64,000 bases of DNA from Paraspadella gotoi (Eukaryota; Animalia; Chaetognatha). Made by a program: the position numbers and the translations under genes. The DNA is taken from positions 6,425,645-6,489,644 of the forward strand of contig CM119263.1 of assembly GCA_051294375.1 (NCBI GenBank). The letters are read 5' to 3'. The notes below the pieces were generated by a model that was not told the origin of the DNA, ran no database searches, and saw only the letters and a list, made by a program, of their open reading frames with translations. Shown one piece after another: positions 24,801 to 39,151 of this stretch (position 1 is the first letter of the stretch; each line of letters opens with the position of its first letter).

Positions 24801-27800
24801 AGCAAAAAAAAGGGGAGGGAAGGAAACGGAGAGAGACAAACAGACTCAAAAACAAAAGCGCGCGTGCACGTAAATATCAACAAAGATAAAGTCGAAAACA
24901 ATGGGAAGAATTTTTTTTTCGTCTTTATTCGACTCGAGTCTGACGATGAATTAGGCCTCGGAGGAGTGGAAAGAATTCTCAATTAGGAACGGAAATAGAA
25001 TTAACATGAAAAGCAAAAGAGTTGTCGCTCTCTTCTTTTCTTTTTTTTTTACTCTTCCTCTCAGCAGTACATCGCGTTCATCCTTTTCTTCTCCTCCCTT
25101 TTATCTCGCTTCGGATGAATTAAGTTTGCTTCGGCTTTTTTCTTATGTAATATCAGCTTTGTTTTTTTTATAAAATTTTGTGATTTAGTCATTGATTTTT
25201 AAAAATTTCTTTTCTTATCATTCTTTGTTTAAATTGTTATTTTTTTATCATTTTTTGCATTTTTGTATTCATTCCTCCTAATTTTGAGGCTTCCGAGATC
25301 CGTCTACTTTTTTCTCTTTACCTATTTCTTTTAACCTCTCGTATTTATAGAAAAGGTTTTCGGAGAGGGTTTCTCTTGTCACTCGACTGATTTTGTGGCA
25401 TGGGTACAACCATAGGGCATAGTCTGTCATAGAAAATAGCAGTTTCAAAACTTGACTTTACCTTGACTTTTCATTATTGTTTATTTTTCCGTCGATTCTT
25501 TTATTTCCTCGTTTCTGTCCTCATCTTTACAATCTCCCCAACCTTCCTATCCCCACTTCGCTCCGTTCAGCCAAAACTACTCGATCGCTCACCACGTCTA
25601 CACCGACGTCGGTGAATATCTGGTCAACGTCTCCGTCAAGAATCACGTCGACGGACCTAAATTCGTAACGAGGCGGATCTCGGTCGCGGAAAGCATCTCC
25701 GGTTAGCTTTGGCTCGCTTTTCGTATTGTTATTCTTATTAATCTGATGAGCTGAAAAACTATTGGAAGCAAACTTTGAAGTCAAAGTTCTTCACAATAGC
25801 ACATCGCCGGGGTTTCTAAAACAAAGGTCCACCAAACTCAATCAAGAATCCAAAAGGCTAGGTTGATTACACGTCGAGCTTAGTCATGGGGTCACGATCT
25901 GCCAGAAGTTGATCTCGCACACTCCATCTACTTGTACCCACATAAAGGAAAGACAGGCTCTGACGCGGAATGAAACAAAGACTTCGATTATTGGGGGGGA
26001 ATATTGGGGTGCGCCACAAAATGCTCCAGAGGCGCACTGACGGCCATGTGACGGAGTCGTGCCACGTGAGGATAGACCGCATAGCACGTTTCTACCTCCG
26101 ACTTTAAAAGACAGCAGATGATATGAGCCAACAGGACAACTCCAGCTCTTCCGTTTGGTGCGATCAAGTGAGAGCAGAATAGCCAAACATCACAGGTTAC
26201 ACTGGCATAAGCATCAGCCGAAACGAGCGACCAAGAGTAATGACTGCTTGTGAATGGATCAGCATGAGCCAGATGACCAAAGCACTCACACCTTCAAGAA
26301 TCAGCTAAAAGTACTTCAAATTGACACTAGAGCATCTGCAGATGAAAAATAATGAAAAGAACCGTCGTCTTCACGGCCTACTCAAAACCCTAGGAAAGTT
26401 GGGCCTATTAAATTGAACAGGACTGCTGATGGATTTTGTTGGGTACTACTTATGAAGTGCCTCAGAATCACCTGACAGACTTAAGGGTGACAAAGCATCC
26501 GCACCCACTGGGTGTGGACGAGGGGGGGGATACCCGGGATTCTGACACAAAAAAGTGAACTTCTAGTTCTTTCAAAAAAAATTTTTTCTTCTATTACCAT
26601 ATCGATTTTCAAAGCAAATTTTTGAATTAGTTCATTGGGTTGTTGCACTGAAGCTTTTAAATATTTATAAATATATAACAAATGACAAAAAAATTTTGTT
26701 TGAAATTTTTTTTTCAAGAACGGATTCCTATAGAGCTTGAAAAGTTAAATGAAAGTTAGTACTACAATTTTTTAAAATTTTTTATAATAAATTGGTTAAA
26801 AATATAAAAAACCTTAAAAAATTATTATCATCATCATCATTGGCTGAATTTTATGGTTTTTTAAACTTTTTATCAATAAAACAAAAAAATTGTAAAAAGT
26901 TGTATTAATAACCTTTATCTAACTTTTAAAGCTCTACTAGAATCTATTAAAAAAAAATTTTAAACTTTATATAGTAATAAAAAAATTTTTAAATGCTTCC
27001 GTGCGCTAATCAATAAAATAAATTTTAGAAATTATTTTTATTTTCATATTCTCTAACAGTTACCATTATTATTATTATTATTATTACCATTATTATTTGA
27101 GAGAACTTCTAGTTTTCAACCTGTTCCGGCCTACTACATACACATACACCATCTTGATAGATGGCATCTATGAACTTTATGTAAACTATATACCAATAAA
27201 CAACCCACAAATAAACCGACGATGGCTAATCATTATTATCACAATCTGTATAAAGGAAATCATGAGTAATGAAATAACAACGAACTGTATTGTTTGTAAA
27301 CATATATCGATTTTTTATATTTTTAAACACTTTTACAAAAGGAAAATAAGATCGACGAACTACGATAGTTTGTCCAACAAGTCGTAAATTTAAAAAATTA
27401 TAAATAGGGAAAAAACCTATTTCTAATGATGATTAATTTGTTCTGGTCAGCGGTGAATTTCGTGGACAACGAATACTACGCGACTGACTCGTTGGCGCCC
27501 TTCGATCCGGCGTCGTCGACGTCGCGCGTCGTCCGTTTCAGCGTAGACGTCGACCGCGGGTCCGGCGTCAAACTCCTCTTCGATTTCGGCGATGGATCCA
27601 CGGAGGTCGTCGACCCGCAAGAGGATTGGAACTTTATGAAGGTCGGGGGCGATGGTCGCGTGAGGTGACTTTGATTATTTGGAAATTGAAATCTCTAGGC
27701 TGCCTATTAAAATGTACAAATTAAATATGTAAATGCTGATGAGTCTTCCTCAAAGTTAAGTCGTGAGTATATTGTGAGTTTCGTGAAAGATGACCTCGGA

Positions 27801-27965
27801 TCGAAACCTAAATTACTCTTGGTATGCGTAAATTTGTGCATTGACGCCTTTCCTGTCTCACGGTAAGAGATTTCTCCTCTTTATCTAGACTCTCTGCACA
27901 CACCTTTGAATCGAAGCCAATCTCGGCTCTCTCTCGAAATTCCTTGATGCGAAGTGGAGTAAAAA

Positions 27966-28019
<54 letters not shown>

Positions 28020-30436
28020 GAGTGGCGTTGCGGGGGGCGAACTGAAGGAGTTGATTATTGGGCCGGCTATGCGGCGCAACAAAGAGAACGAGCGGGCAAC
28101 CTTGTCTTTGTTTTTTGCGGGTAATATTTAGTCGTTAGTTTAAGAAATACGATTCGATGAACGTCATATTATGTTATATTTAGTATTTTCCCTACATAGT
28201 TTCAGTTGATGCCAATCTGGTGGATTCAGTTTTAAGTCAAAATATTTTACGCCTTTCGGGTTAACGCAGAACTTGCTTGCGAAAACAAAAAAATGTCTTG
28301 GTTCAAGGATATGAGAGAGAAAGAGAGAGGGAGGAGAGCGAAAAGAGAGAGAGAAATTTGAGGATTTCGGCATATCGATCGCAAAGAGAATTCAGGAAAC
28401 CTCTTTTTTGTTTACCTTGATAGGAGTCCAAAAATTTTTTTTCATTACCGAGTTGGACCGAGTCTTCTTAGAAAAAAAGAACTTTATTAATATTCTTGAA
28501 AAGCAGCTGCCAAAATATATTCGGAAAGCGACGCTGATGCAACCTATGATAGAACTGATTTGCAAGCGACTAAAACATTGAATAAATACCTGAATAATTT
28601 CTTTGGAACTTTTCCCCGATTTTTTTTTCTGCGGCGATAAAATAAAAGCTTTATAGCTCTCCGAAAGATTGTCTTTGGAAAATTTGCGTATATTATTCTT
28701 TATTTTTAAAAAAAACCTAATCCTGTTGCTATCCCACCGGAAAATCTGCCACGCTCTCTATTCCAAGTTTTTGGGCGACTACAAGTGTTGGCCACACTGC
28801 GACAAAAATAATCACTATTTTAACACCAATCTTTGCTGATGCCCCACCCTTACCCGGCCCATCTTTATCTTCTCCTCTCGATCCTCCAGCTAATTGGTGT
28901 TGCGCGCCACGTTTACCGTCGCGTTGGCGCCTTCGACGTGCGCGTCACGGCCTTTAACGTGTTGGGCAACGTGACGGCGACGCTCTCCTCGCCCGTCGTC
29001 GTGCAGGTCCCACCCACAGGCCTGCGCCTGGAGACCAAACACCGGGACGGATTCGTTACCCTTTTCGGGACAGCAACCGATTTCAAAGGTGAGAGTTGTC
29101 CGCTCCGGACCTATTTTGTATTGAGTTGGTAAGGATCCTTTCCAGAAGCGTCTGTAAGGAACCGTTTTACCTTTTCTCGTTTTTCTTCTTACTCGCAGCC
29201 ACCCTCCGAAACGGGACTGACGTGAAGTTCTCCTGGGATTTTGGGGATGGTTCCAAATTGGACAACGCGGGACCCACTCACCGCCACCGCTACGAGCGCC
29301 GACCTGTGGGCGCCGCCTACTTCAACGTCACGGTGGTGGCCAGGAATCGAGCCGGAACCGCCGCCGAGCGAGCCAAAGTTTTTGTTCAGGCAAGGAGAGA
29401 TTAAGGACGTAGTAGCTGGCGAGTGATAATCAGGGAAGGTTGGAAATCGGAATCTTAATTCTATTTTTTCTTGGCAGACAAAAATCCAAGCGGTGGAGTT
29501 GACGCTACCGTCCACGCCCCAAATGGCGTTCTTAACTGGAAAGGAGGTGACGTTTGCCGCGAGGGCGTCGCCCCCTGACGCCGTCGACTACTACGCTTGG
29601 GACTTTGGCGACGACGACCTCCCCAAGCAGACACGCATCAACACCACCACTCACGTCTTCTCTGCCGCTGAACGGTGAGATTTCTTTTCTTTTTCCTTTT
29701 CTCAATCCTTAGGCAGTGTCCCTTTTTAGAAAATAACAAGTAACAAACAAAAAACTAAAAACTACCGTTACATTAACGACAACTTTAACACTACTCGTTT
29801 GCTAAACAAGAAACAAATTCTGAAGTTTATACAATTGACCCTTACAAGCTTACACTCTCGCTCTCTCTCTGTCTCTCTCTTTCTCCCTCTCTTTCTCCCC
29901 GTCTCTCTCTCTCTCTCTTTCTCCCTGTCTCTCTCTCCTCTTTCTCCCTGTGTCTCTCTCTCTCTTTCTCCCTGTGTCTCTCTCTTTCTNNNNNNNNNNN
30001 NNNNNNNNNNNNNNATCTCCCTGTGTGTCTCTCTCTTTCTTTTTCCTGTGTTGTCTCTCTTTCTTTTTTTTCCCTGTGTGTCTCTCTTTTTTCTTTCTCC
30101 CTGTGTCTCTCTCTCTTTTCTTTCTCCCAGTGTCTCTCTCTCTTTTTCTTTCTCCCGTGTTCTCTCTCTTTCTTTCTCCCTGTGTGTCTCTCTCTTTCTT
30201 TCTCCCTGTGTGTCTCTCTCTCTTTCTTTCTCCCTGTGTGTCTCCTCTTCTTTCTTTCTCCCGTTGTCTCTCGCTCTTTCTTTCTCCCTGTGTGTCTCTC
30301 TCTCTTTCTTTCTCCCTGTGTGTCTCTCTCTCTCTCTTTTCTCCGGTTTCTCTCTCTTTCTTCTCCCTGTGTGTGTTCACTCTCTCTTTTTCTTTCTCCC
30401 TGTGTGTGTCTCACTCTCTCTCTTTCTTTCTCCCTG

Positions 30437-30495
<59 letters not shown>

Positions 30496-31282
30496 ACGTC
30501 TAAACACCCAGGGACGTACACGCTCAAACTCACGAGCTTTCCCCTTCTGCTCAAGGATGAAAAAGGGGAAAAGAAGGCTAGTTGAAAAAAGAAAGTGAAA
30601 GTCGGAAATGTCAAGGATGAATTTATGTATGTCGTAGAGAAAGATCGTTGCGAAGAAAGGGTGCATGTACATAAAGACTCGCTCTTAACCGCCTTTATCC
30701 CCCCCTCTCTCACTTTCTTTTTGGAAAGGAGCTTTCTTCCGTTCCATGCCATTCGCCTTTCAGTCACGACTCAATGAGTCATAGTTGATGACTAATTCAG
30801 TACTCCTAACTCTCCCCTTCCCCCCCCCCACGCACTCCAATATTCCCTCAGTGTTTTGGCGAAAGTGACGGCCTGGAACAAACTGGGTCAGGCAGTCTCG
30901 TCTCACGTCGCCCTCACTCTCTTCGACCCTGTGGAGGTGGTGTCGGTCGTGGGCTCCCCCACTTCGGCCCCGGGACAAGCCACCCGGTTCGAGGTGAGGT
31001 TCTGGCGCGGCACCCGCGTCAGCTGCCTCTGGGACTTTGGCGACGGTTCCCAGCCCGTCTTCGCGCCCGCGTGTGAATCCGGACACGTCCGCGCTCATCG
31101 CTACGAAAGTGCTGCTGTCCCGTCCGTTCCATCGATTTTTTTTTTCGCTCGCTCTCGCCTTAATTAGAGGAAGAGAATGTGGAGGTTTTTAGCCTAAGGG
31201 TCGGGGGTTTGTGTTAGAAAGAGAAATTTCCTCTACCGATTTAGTTTTTTTGAAAAAAAGATTTCACCCCTATTTATATTAG

Positions 31283-31324
<42 letters not shown>

Positions 31325-32100
31325 TTTCTAGATAATACTACTCACTATTTTCTTTTTGTTTAGAAAGCAATTTTTTTCTGCGCGTCTTTCTTTTTTTTTT
31401 TTAACTTTTCTCTCTTCCTTATTCCATTCATCGCCCCTTCCGGCCTCTTCCGTTGTTTGAACAGCGGAGGGAAGTTCGACGTTTTCGTGAGCGTCAACAA
31501 TTCGTTGTCGTCGTCGCGCGCGTCCGTCGTCCATTTCGTCGTCGGTTACGATTGTCAACCTCCGCGGTGGAAATCGACTCTCCTTCGTGCCGTTGCCCGG
31601 CCACGATGCCGGCTTCGGCGTCGTTCTCTGCAACCTCAAATTGACGCCGAAGCAACCAGTCTGGATCGAACCCAGGGTGAGTCGCTTAAACATAGTCCCC
31701 TTTGTTTTACTTTCTTTGCTCTTCGATGTTTGCGATGTATTACAGATGGATGAGATTAGATCTGTTTGTTTTAAAAATTCTCTGTATTCGATCTTTCTTT
31801 TTTGTTTGTGTGTTTAAGGAGTGTAACGAAAAATTCGTTTTGAACAACAATTTTAAACAGTTTCTCAGGACATGTTTCGACTCTGTTTCGAGTCTTCATC
31901 AGCAAGTGAAAATATTAGAGTCAGTTATCTCAAACATCAGTTTTGGAGAGAGAGAGAGAGAGAGAGTAAGAGAGAGAAAAAAAAAGAAAAAGAGTTTCCA
32001 ACAAAGAATTGAGTGAGGGATAGTGGTCAGATGTGAGGACAGGTGAAGGTAAAGGCAGGAAGAAGAGAGTGAGTGAATTGAAAATTGGAAAAATTGGTGA

Positions 32101-32147
<47 letters not shown>

Positions 32148-35100
32148 AAAGATGAATCAATACATTAGGCAATGTACAACATGATAAAATTAGAAGGAAT
32201 ACTAAATGTATAACAATAATTAATAAGTTAGTTATTGACTGAGTTTGAAATTGAAGTAAGACATAGAGTCGAAACAAATTGTTGTTCAAAAAAGAATTTT
32301 CGTTACACTCCTTTAAAAAAAATTCTCTGTAAATAGTTTCCTCTTTTCGTCGTTCAATTATTTTGTAGCCGCTCGATTTCATTAATTTTTTCCTCTTTCC
32401 CAACCAAGTGAAAGTCTCATGCGCGAAGACCCCAACAGTTCGTCACCGGTGGAGCGTGTGGAGGTTCGAGGACGGTGAGCGAACCAAAAGCGTACGGTTG
32501 GAGGATGGTCTTGTCACAAATTTGGATCATCGCAGTATTTATCTGCCGGAAGGAAGCCTCGACGTCGGTCATTACGTCTGGACGTTCACGTAAGCTTATA
32601 AGTTTTGCTTCGATTTCTAATGTCTATGCTGCTTTGTACTTAATTTTTTATTAGTTTCTGACTTTTTTAATAACTTCAATTGCACTGTGTGAAATCGAGG
32701 TATCCATGAACGGCACGATTCTCGAGGCAAACGCATCTTGCAAAGTGGACATCACCGATGAGCCTCTCAAGCTTTTTGTGGATGGCGGATCCTTCAAGCA
32801 AGTTTTCGTCTCGGAAGCGGTCGTTGTCAACTCTCGCATTAATCGAAAGTCGTTGGAAGGTTCGCGAGACTAAGTTAATTTACAAAGTAGTGGGAACCGC
32901 TAACCCCTTTTTGATTAACTGTAACTTACCTTCCAGGAATCGCCTTGGCCTGGGATTGTTATCCTCTCGATGGCTTCGGGAAACCCTGTTTTCCTCAGCT
33001 CTGTGCCGCTTCCAACCAACGTCACCTCTGTCTCCGTTCCGGCGTCGTCGTTCGACGTCTCCAACGGCGCCGCCTTCGTCTTCAACTTGACGGCGACCAC
33101 TGCCGGCGCCAACGCTTCCGTCGATCAAGTCATCCAGATCGTCGATCGCGGTTGTTGAGGTCAGTTGTTGTTGTAGTTTTGAAATGGGCTGAAATTGCCT
33201 GATGACTAAATTTTAATTTTTGTTATAATTATGTGAAAATTATTCACTAACCTATTTTTCTGTCTCCCTGACAGCCTCGCGTGGGAATGCGATCAATGTC
33301 GATCCGGGCGCGTCAACTCGAAACGAGCGACTTTACCTGCGAGCCCTTTGCAACGGAGCTATTTGTGATCGTGGTGCGGTTGAGTTGAAGTGGTCGCTAA
33401 GTCTGGTATTGGACGCGATCGCAACAGGATTTCAACGGTGAGTAGGCGTCGTAGTTTCCTTTGCTTTGCAATAGGTTTTGCAAGAATACAGAATGTAGTC
33501 CATCGATATTCGTTGATGTATTTTAAGGTCCTGTCCAGAAGCGAACCTCTATTTTTGGTACATATCCTTTGTTAGTCTCCCATGTTTGGTTTTTTGTTTA
33601 CTAGGAAACAGATTTTAATTATTCTCGGTGTCATTTTGTCACCTTCCTTTCTAATGAGTCTAAAAGAGTCCGTCCTCGCAGACACAAGAAAAGAAGAGCC
33701 CAAGTTTTGTTTAAAATGGAAACAGAAATGGAAAAAATACGTGATCCGCCTCCTATGCACTCGTTGCTTCTTTTCTTTCTAATCGCTATAGGGCCTCAAT
33801 CAGTTAGTTTTCCTGAGCATCTGTTTTTTTCCATATGATATGATGAAAGATTAAGAGCATTTTCATGTAGCAATTATTGTTTTAAAATAAAAATTATTAA
33901 TAACTTCATCGGCGGAAACTAAAATGGGCTAAATTTTAAAAGGTGAAAGTTTATGATAATATGATGAAACTTGAAGCTTTCCTGAAAAACACAAAAAGTC
34001 TTCAAATTTTTGTTCACTTTGTCTCACGACTTTTTCTTTCCTTTTGTTTCTCCCGTCGCTGGGAATTGTTTTAATGTTTGGTCGGCGAGAAAGAAGAAGG
34101 AAATGAATTCCCGCCAAGGAATCGTGTTTTTTAGCGCCAAACCAACGTTTTCCAAGTCAAGGTGAAAAGTAAGCCTTGGAGGCTTTTCCTCTCTTGCGTA
34201 CGTGCTGCCACAAAAATGACGAGACCGCCGGACCGCCGTCCATTATACGACGGACGAACCCCCTGTTTACCGACTTTACCGTCGATGTTTGCCAATCCTA
34301 TCACTCGGGGTTCCTCTCTTTATTTCGGATAATTTTTTTTCATGTACGACTGAAAATGCGCGTTCGTGATAGTTTTAATTCTTGCTAATGACGATTTTAA
34401 AGTAACCGTTACAATTTAAATGCCGTAATTTCGTTTATTTTAAAATAAAAAAGTTTTTTAATTGCTATTCGCTAACGGAGGTCGTTTTCTTTTTATGAGT
34501 TGTCCTGCGGGGAAGGAAGAAGCAATTATTGATTTTCTTTGCTGCTCAGCCGATTCCACGCCGATTCCACGCTGATTAAGGCTGAAATAGAGCAAATCCT
34601 CTGAGAGTGGAAGGAGCAAGAAAAATCGATGCTCTCAGAAAATATTAGGAAAATGTACGATCAAACGAAACTCGTACGGAACGTGGCAGAAAAATAACAT
34701 TCACTCTCAGTTTAGACTTTTCTTACCTAAACAATGATAACAATCATAGAGGAGGGAAACACTGAATTGATCTAAAGAAAAATAGACAGTTTTCTGAAGC
34801 ATGCTTTATTTCAAAAAAATATTTGTATTCAACGCACCACTTGAAGTTGAAAGATTCTTTTTTCTGGAAAACTCCGCTACGGAAAAATCCAGAAATCTTG
34901 CTCTTTTTGACATTTAACGACCGAGGGTCGTTTTTGTCCAGTTTTATTCGAACAACATCGAAAACGTGCGCAGATTTCGTATATAGTTTTGCGAAAATGA
35001 AGAAGTATAAGCTACATTGTGACCATTTAAAACCCGTCGCTAGAAAAAAATTCACCATACGAAAAAGTGTAAAGATTTTAATATTTTGACAAAAAGATAC

Positions 35101-36414
35101 TAGAAGACAAAACCGATACATTTTTATGTATAGATATCATGTCCTTCGGCATAACTTTTACTTAAAAAGTGAGAGGTAAATGATGGGCTTGAAAAATTTC
35201 TCCTCGCTCGATCCTCAATGCTTTTAAATTGAAAAAAATTCTTACTTTCGCGGACGATTTATGAAAAAGTCTTGAAAATTAGCAATCATATTGATTTTGC
35301 CTTAAAGCCCTTAAAAAATTGTATACTATGATATATTTTTTAATTCTGTAGCATAAAAAATATTTTCTTAACAAGGCTCTCTTATGATACTATATTATTA
35401 CATTATTATTACAGATTAATTTTTTACCAAGCCATAAATTCCAGGTGACGAATTTCCTTTTATTCTTATTGAAAAGCTCGAATTTACTCCTATCTTTTTA
35501 CAAAACAAAATCAATTATAAAGAAATTTATACATAATGTATGCCTCATGTCTTTATCTATATAATAAAAATTTTGAGTTCAACCGAATTTCAAATGTTAT
35601 TAAAACCTCCGCTAACTATTCTAATCTCGTCTCATGCCCAAAATTGAGGGAAAGTTGTTGTTGCGACGTCGTTTCCCGGTACATCCATCCATTATTTAGC
35701 GATCTTTATCAACTTTTCATGTTTTTCTCGTCGGCAACTATTTTCCTCCGGTACGTGAGGGTGCGCGCTATCACGCGACGACGTGACGCGGTCGCTGGAA
35801 CGTCACGTGAAAGGTCAGTGTCGCGCGCGCGTAACGCGCCTCGTCCTCGTCGACGTCCCTTGTCTCTCCATCCAGTTTTTTCTCCGCCTCTTCGTGTTTA
35901 ACGTCTCCGCAACGAAAGGGCTTCTTTCACTTTTCTCTACTTTACCTTTCTTAATTATTCCTTACTCGGAATGGAGGCATTGACTTTAATTGTAATTTTA
36001 TTTTTTTTTTATTTAACCTCATAAAGTTTTTTTTCAACGTACTTTTCCTCTTCAAAATTTTTTTATGAATGTTTTATCCACTTCATAATTACAAACACAA
36101 AAAAGTTTTATGATTTTTAATATGAACTTTCAGACTTATTTTGTCCGTTGAAGCGGATGAGAAAACGAGCTGCACCGAAATATTTGCCACTTCTGATTTA
36201 AAAACGCCTTTCTCTTCACGCCAGAATTCTCATTTAGCGACCTCGAACGAGATATATATATATGAAATTGGTACAACCAATAATAAAAATTATCCATTCA
36301 TTTAATAAATAAGCTATCTTGCCCCTGACTTTGGACAGGCTTTGGTGGTTTAAGGCCTCCATCACTCTTACAAGATAATGTCATAGCAGGTCCTGCAAGC
36401 TTTCAATTCCAAGA

Positions 36415-36456
<42 letters not shown>

Positions 36457-38267
36457 GAGAGAGAGAGAGAGAAAGAGAGACAGCGTGCGAGATATAGAGC
36501 GGGCTCCTTCATTCCCTGAGTCGGGCGGGTGTGGAAGAGGATGAAAGGGGATACTTCACTCCTTTTTTTCTGGGTGGTTGAGAACTTCCAAGGATGAACC
36601 GATCGAGTCAGCTTCTTTAACGTGTTAAAACTCGAAATGATTTATTGTGTGGAAAAATACTTGTATGGCTTCCGACCATCCTTTTCTGATTGATGGGTCT
36701 CTTTTAACTCACTTCCTTTTCCACTACAACTCCGATTTGGCATAAGTGGGGAATTTTTTTTTCCTGTTTTCCTGTTAATCAGCTTTAAAATTACTCTTAA
36801 CTTGATAAATTTTTTTATCAAGTTTCTAACATATTAGAAACTTGAAACTGAAACGAAAAAAAATAAATTCACAAGATTTTTGTTGTATTTTTTCTTGTTT
36901 AATTTGATTTAAAACCTTTGGTTAAAATTTCTATCTTCACCATCTGCGTTTAATTTCCTCTTTGGGAGTTTCTTCGCCTCGTTCCTCTCAATCCACGAAG
37001 GCATCATAAGCATTGACTCTGAATTCTCGCCCCTCGAACAGAAACTTTCCGCTCAAACTAAGGATTGCGATCGAATGGCAAAAAAAAAAGAAATAAAAAT
37101 TAAAAAAAAAACACTTTCTTTTCGATGCGTTTACTGCTCAACACTGACTTGTTTATTCCGACTAACAAAAGAAAAATATAACTCGATTTAAAAAAAAAAA
37201 CTGATGTAAAAAAAGCACGGAAGTAATTCAATTGTATAGTGCCGAGAAGAAAAACCATCGTTCGGACTTCGCCAAACAAATTAAAATTCGGCTCATATCA
37301 CGTCTTTAAAGTGGCGATTTGGATTTATGAGAGCATGGTTGAATCAGCTTAAAAAAACTATATTTATTTTTGTTCTTATAATTCTCTTCTCTTTTTCTCT
37401 CTCTCTCTCTCTCTGCAAACGTCTAAACACCCAGGGACGTACACGCTCAAACTCACGAGCTTTCCCCCTTCTGCTCAAGGATGAAAAAGGGGAAAAGAAG
37501 GCTAGTTGAAAAAAGAAAGTGAAAGTCGGAAATGTCAAGGATGAATTTATGTATGTCGTAGAGAAAGATCGTTGCGAAGAAAGGGTTGCATGTACATAAA
37601 GACTCGCTCTTAACCGCCTTTATCCCCCCCCNNNNNNNNNNNNNNNNNNNNNNNNNNNNNNNNNNNNNNNNNNNNNNNNNNNNNNNNNNNNNNNNNNNNN
37701 NNNNNNNNNNNNNNNNNNNNNNNNNNNNNNNNNNNNNNNNNNNNNNNNNNNNNNNNNNNNNNNNNNNNNNNNNNNNNNNNNNNNNNNNNNNNNNNNNNNN
37801 NNNNNNNNNNNNNNNNNNNNCAATATTCCCTCAGTGTTTTGGCGAAAGTGACGGCCTGGAACAAACTGGGTCAGGCAGTCTCGTCTCACGTCGCCCTCAC
37901 TCTCTTCGACCCTGTGGAGGTGGTGTCGGTCGTGGGCTCCCCCACTTCGGCCCCGGGACAAGCCACCCGGTTCGAGGTGAGGTTCTGGCGCGGCACCCGC
38001 GTCAGCTGCCTCTGGGACTTTGGCGACGGTTCCCAGCCCGTCTTCGCGCCCGCGTGTGAATCCGGACACGTCCGCGCTCATCGCTACGAAAGGTGCTGCT
38101 GTCCCGTCCGTTCCATCGATTTTTTTTTCGCTCGCTCTCGCCTTAATTAGAGGAAGAGAATGTTGGAGGTTTTTAGCCTAAGGGTCGGGGGTTTGTGTTA
38201 GAAAGAGAAATTTCCTCTACCGATTTAGTTTTTTTGAAAAAAAGATTTCACCCCTATTTATATTTAG

Positions 38268-38312
<45 letters not shown>

Positions 38313-39120
38313 TTTCTAGATAATACTACTCACTATTTTCTTTTTGTTTAGAAAGCAATTTTTTTCTGCGGTCTTTCTTTTTTTTTTTTAACTTTTTCTC
38401 TCTTCCTTATTCCATTCATCGCCCCCTTCCGGCCTCTTCCGTTGTTTGAACAGCGGAGGGAAGTTCGACGTTTTCGTGAGCGTCAACAATTCGTTGTCGT
38501 CGTCGCGCGCGTCCGTCGTCCATTTCGTCGTCGGTTACGATTGTCAACCTCCGCGGGTGGAAATCGACTCTCCTTCGGTGCCGTTGCCCGGCCACGATGC
38601 CGGCTTCGGCGTCGTTCTCTGCAACCTCAAATTGACGCCGAAGCAACCAGTCTGGATCGAACCCAGGGTGAGTCGCTTAAACATAGTCCCCTTTGTTTTA
38701 CTTTCTTTGCTCTTCGATGTTTGCGATGTATTACAGATGGATGAGATTGATATCTGTTTGTTTTAAAAAATTCTCTGTATTCGATCTTTCTTTTTGTTGT
38801 TTGTGTGTTTAAGGAGTGTAACGAAAAATTCGTTTTTGAACAACAATTTGTTAAACAGTTTCTCAGGACATGTTTCGACTCTGTTTCGAGTCTTCATCAG
38901 CAAGTGAAAGAGAACATATAAGAATGCGCAGGATTTTATTCGTAAAACATCAGTTTTGGAGAGAGAGAGAGAGAGAGAGAGAGTAAGAGAGAGAAAAAAA
39001 GAAAAGAGTTTCCAACAAAGAATTGAGTGAGGGATAGTGGTCAGATGTGAGGACAGGTGAAGGTAAAGGCAGGGAAGAAGAGAGTGAGTGAATTTGAAAA
39101 TTGGAAAAATTGTGAAGAGA

Positions 39121-39151
<31 letters not shown>

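Noticed and set aside
27736-27812. CTGATGA...GAAAC hammerhead candidate (also 25743)
   Set aside because: No convincing stems I-III; the 25743 site lacks a correctly placed GAAA.
29799-30767. Long ORFs (176-276 aa) on both strands
   Set aside because: Translations of the CT/GA repeat; the same applies to ER/LS-rich ORFs near 53.3, 57.5-58.7 and 62-63 kb.
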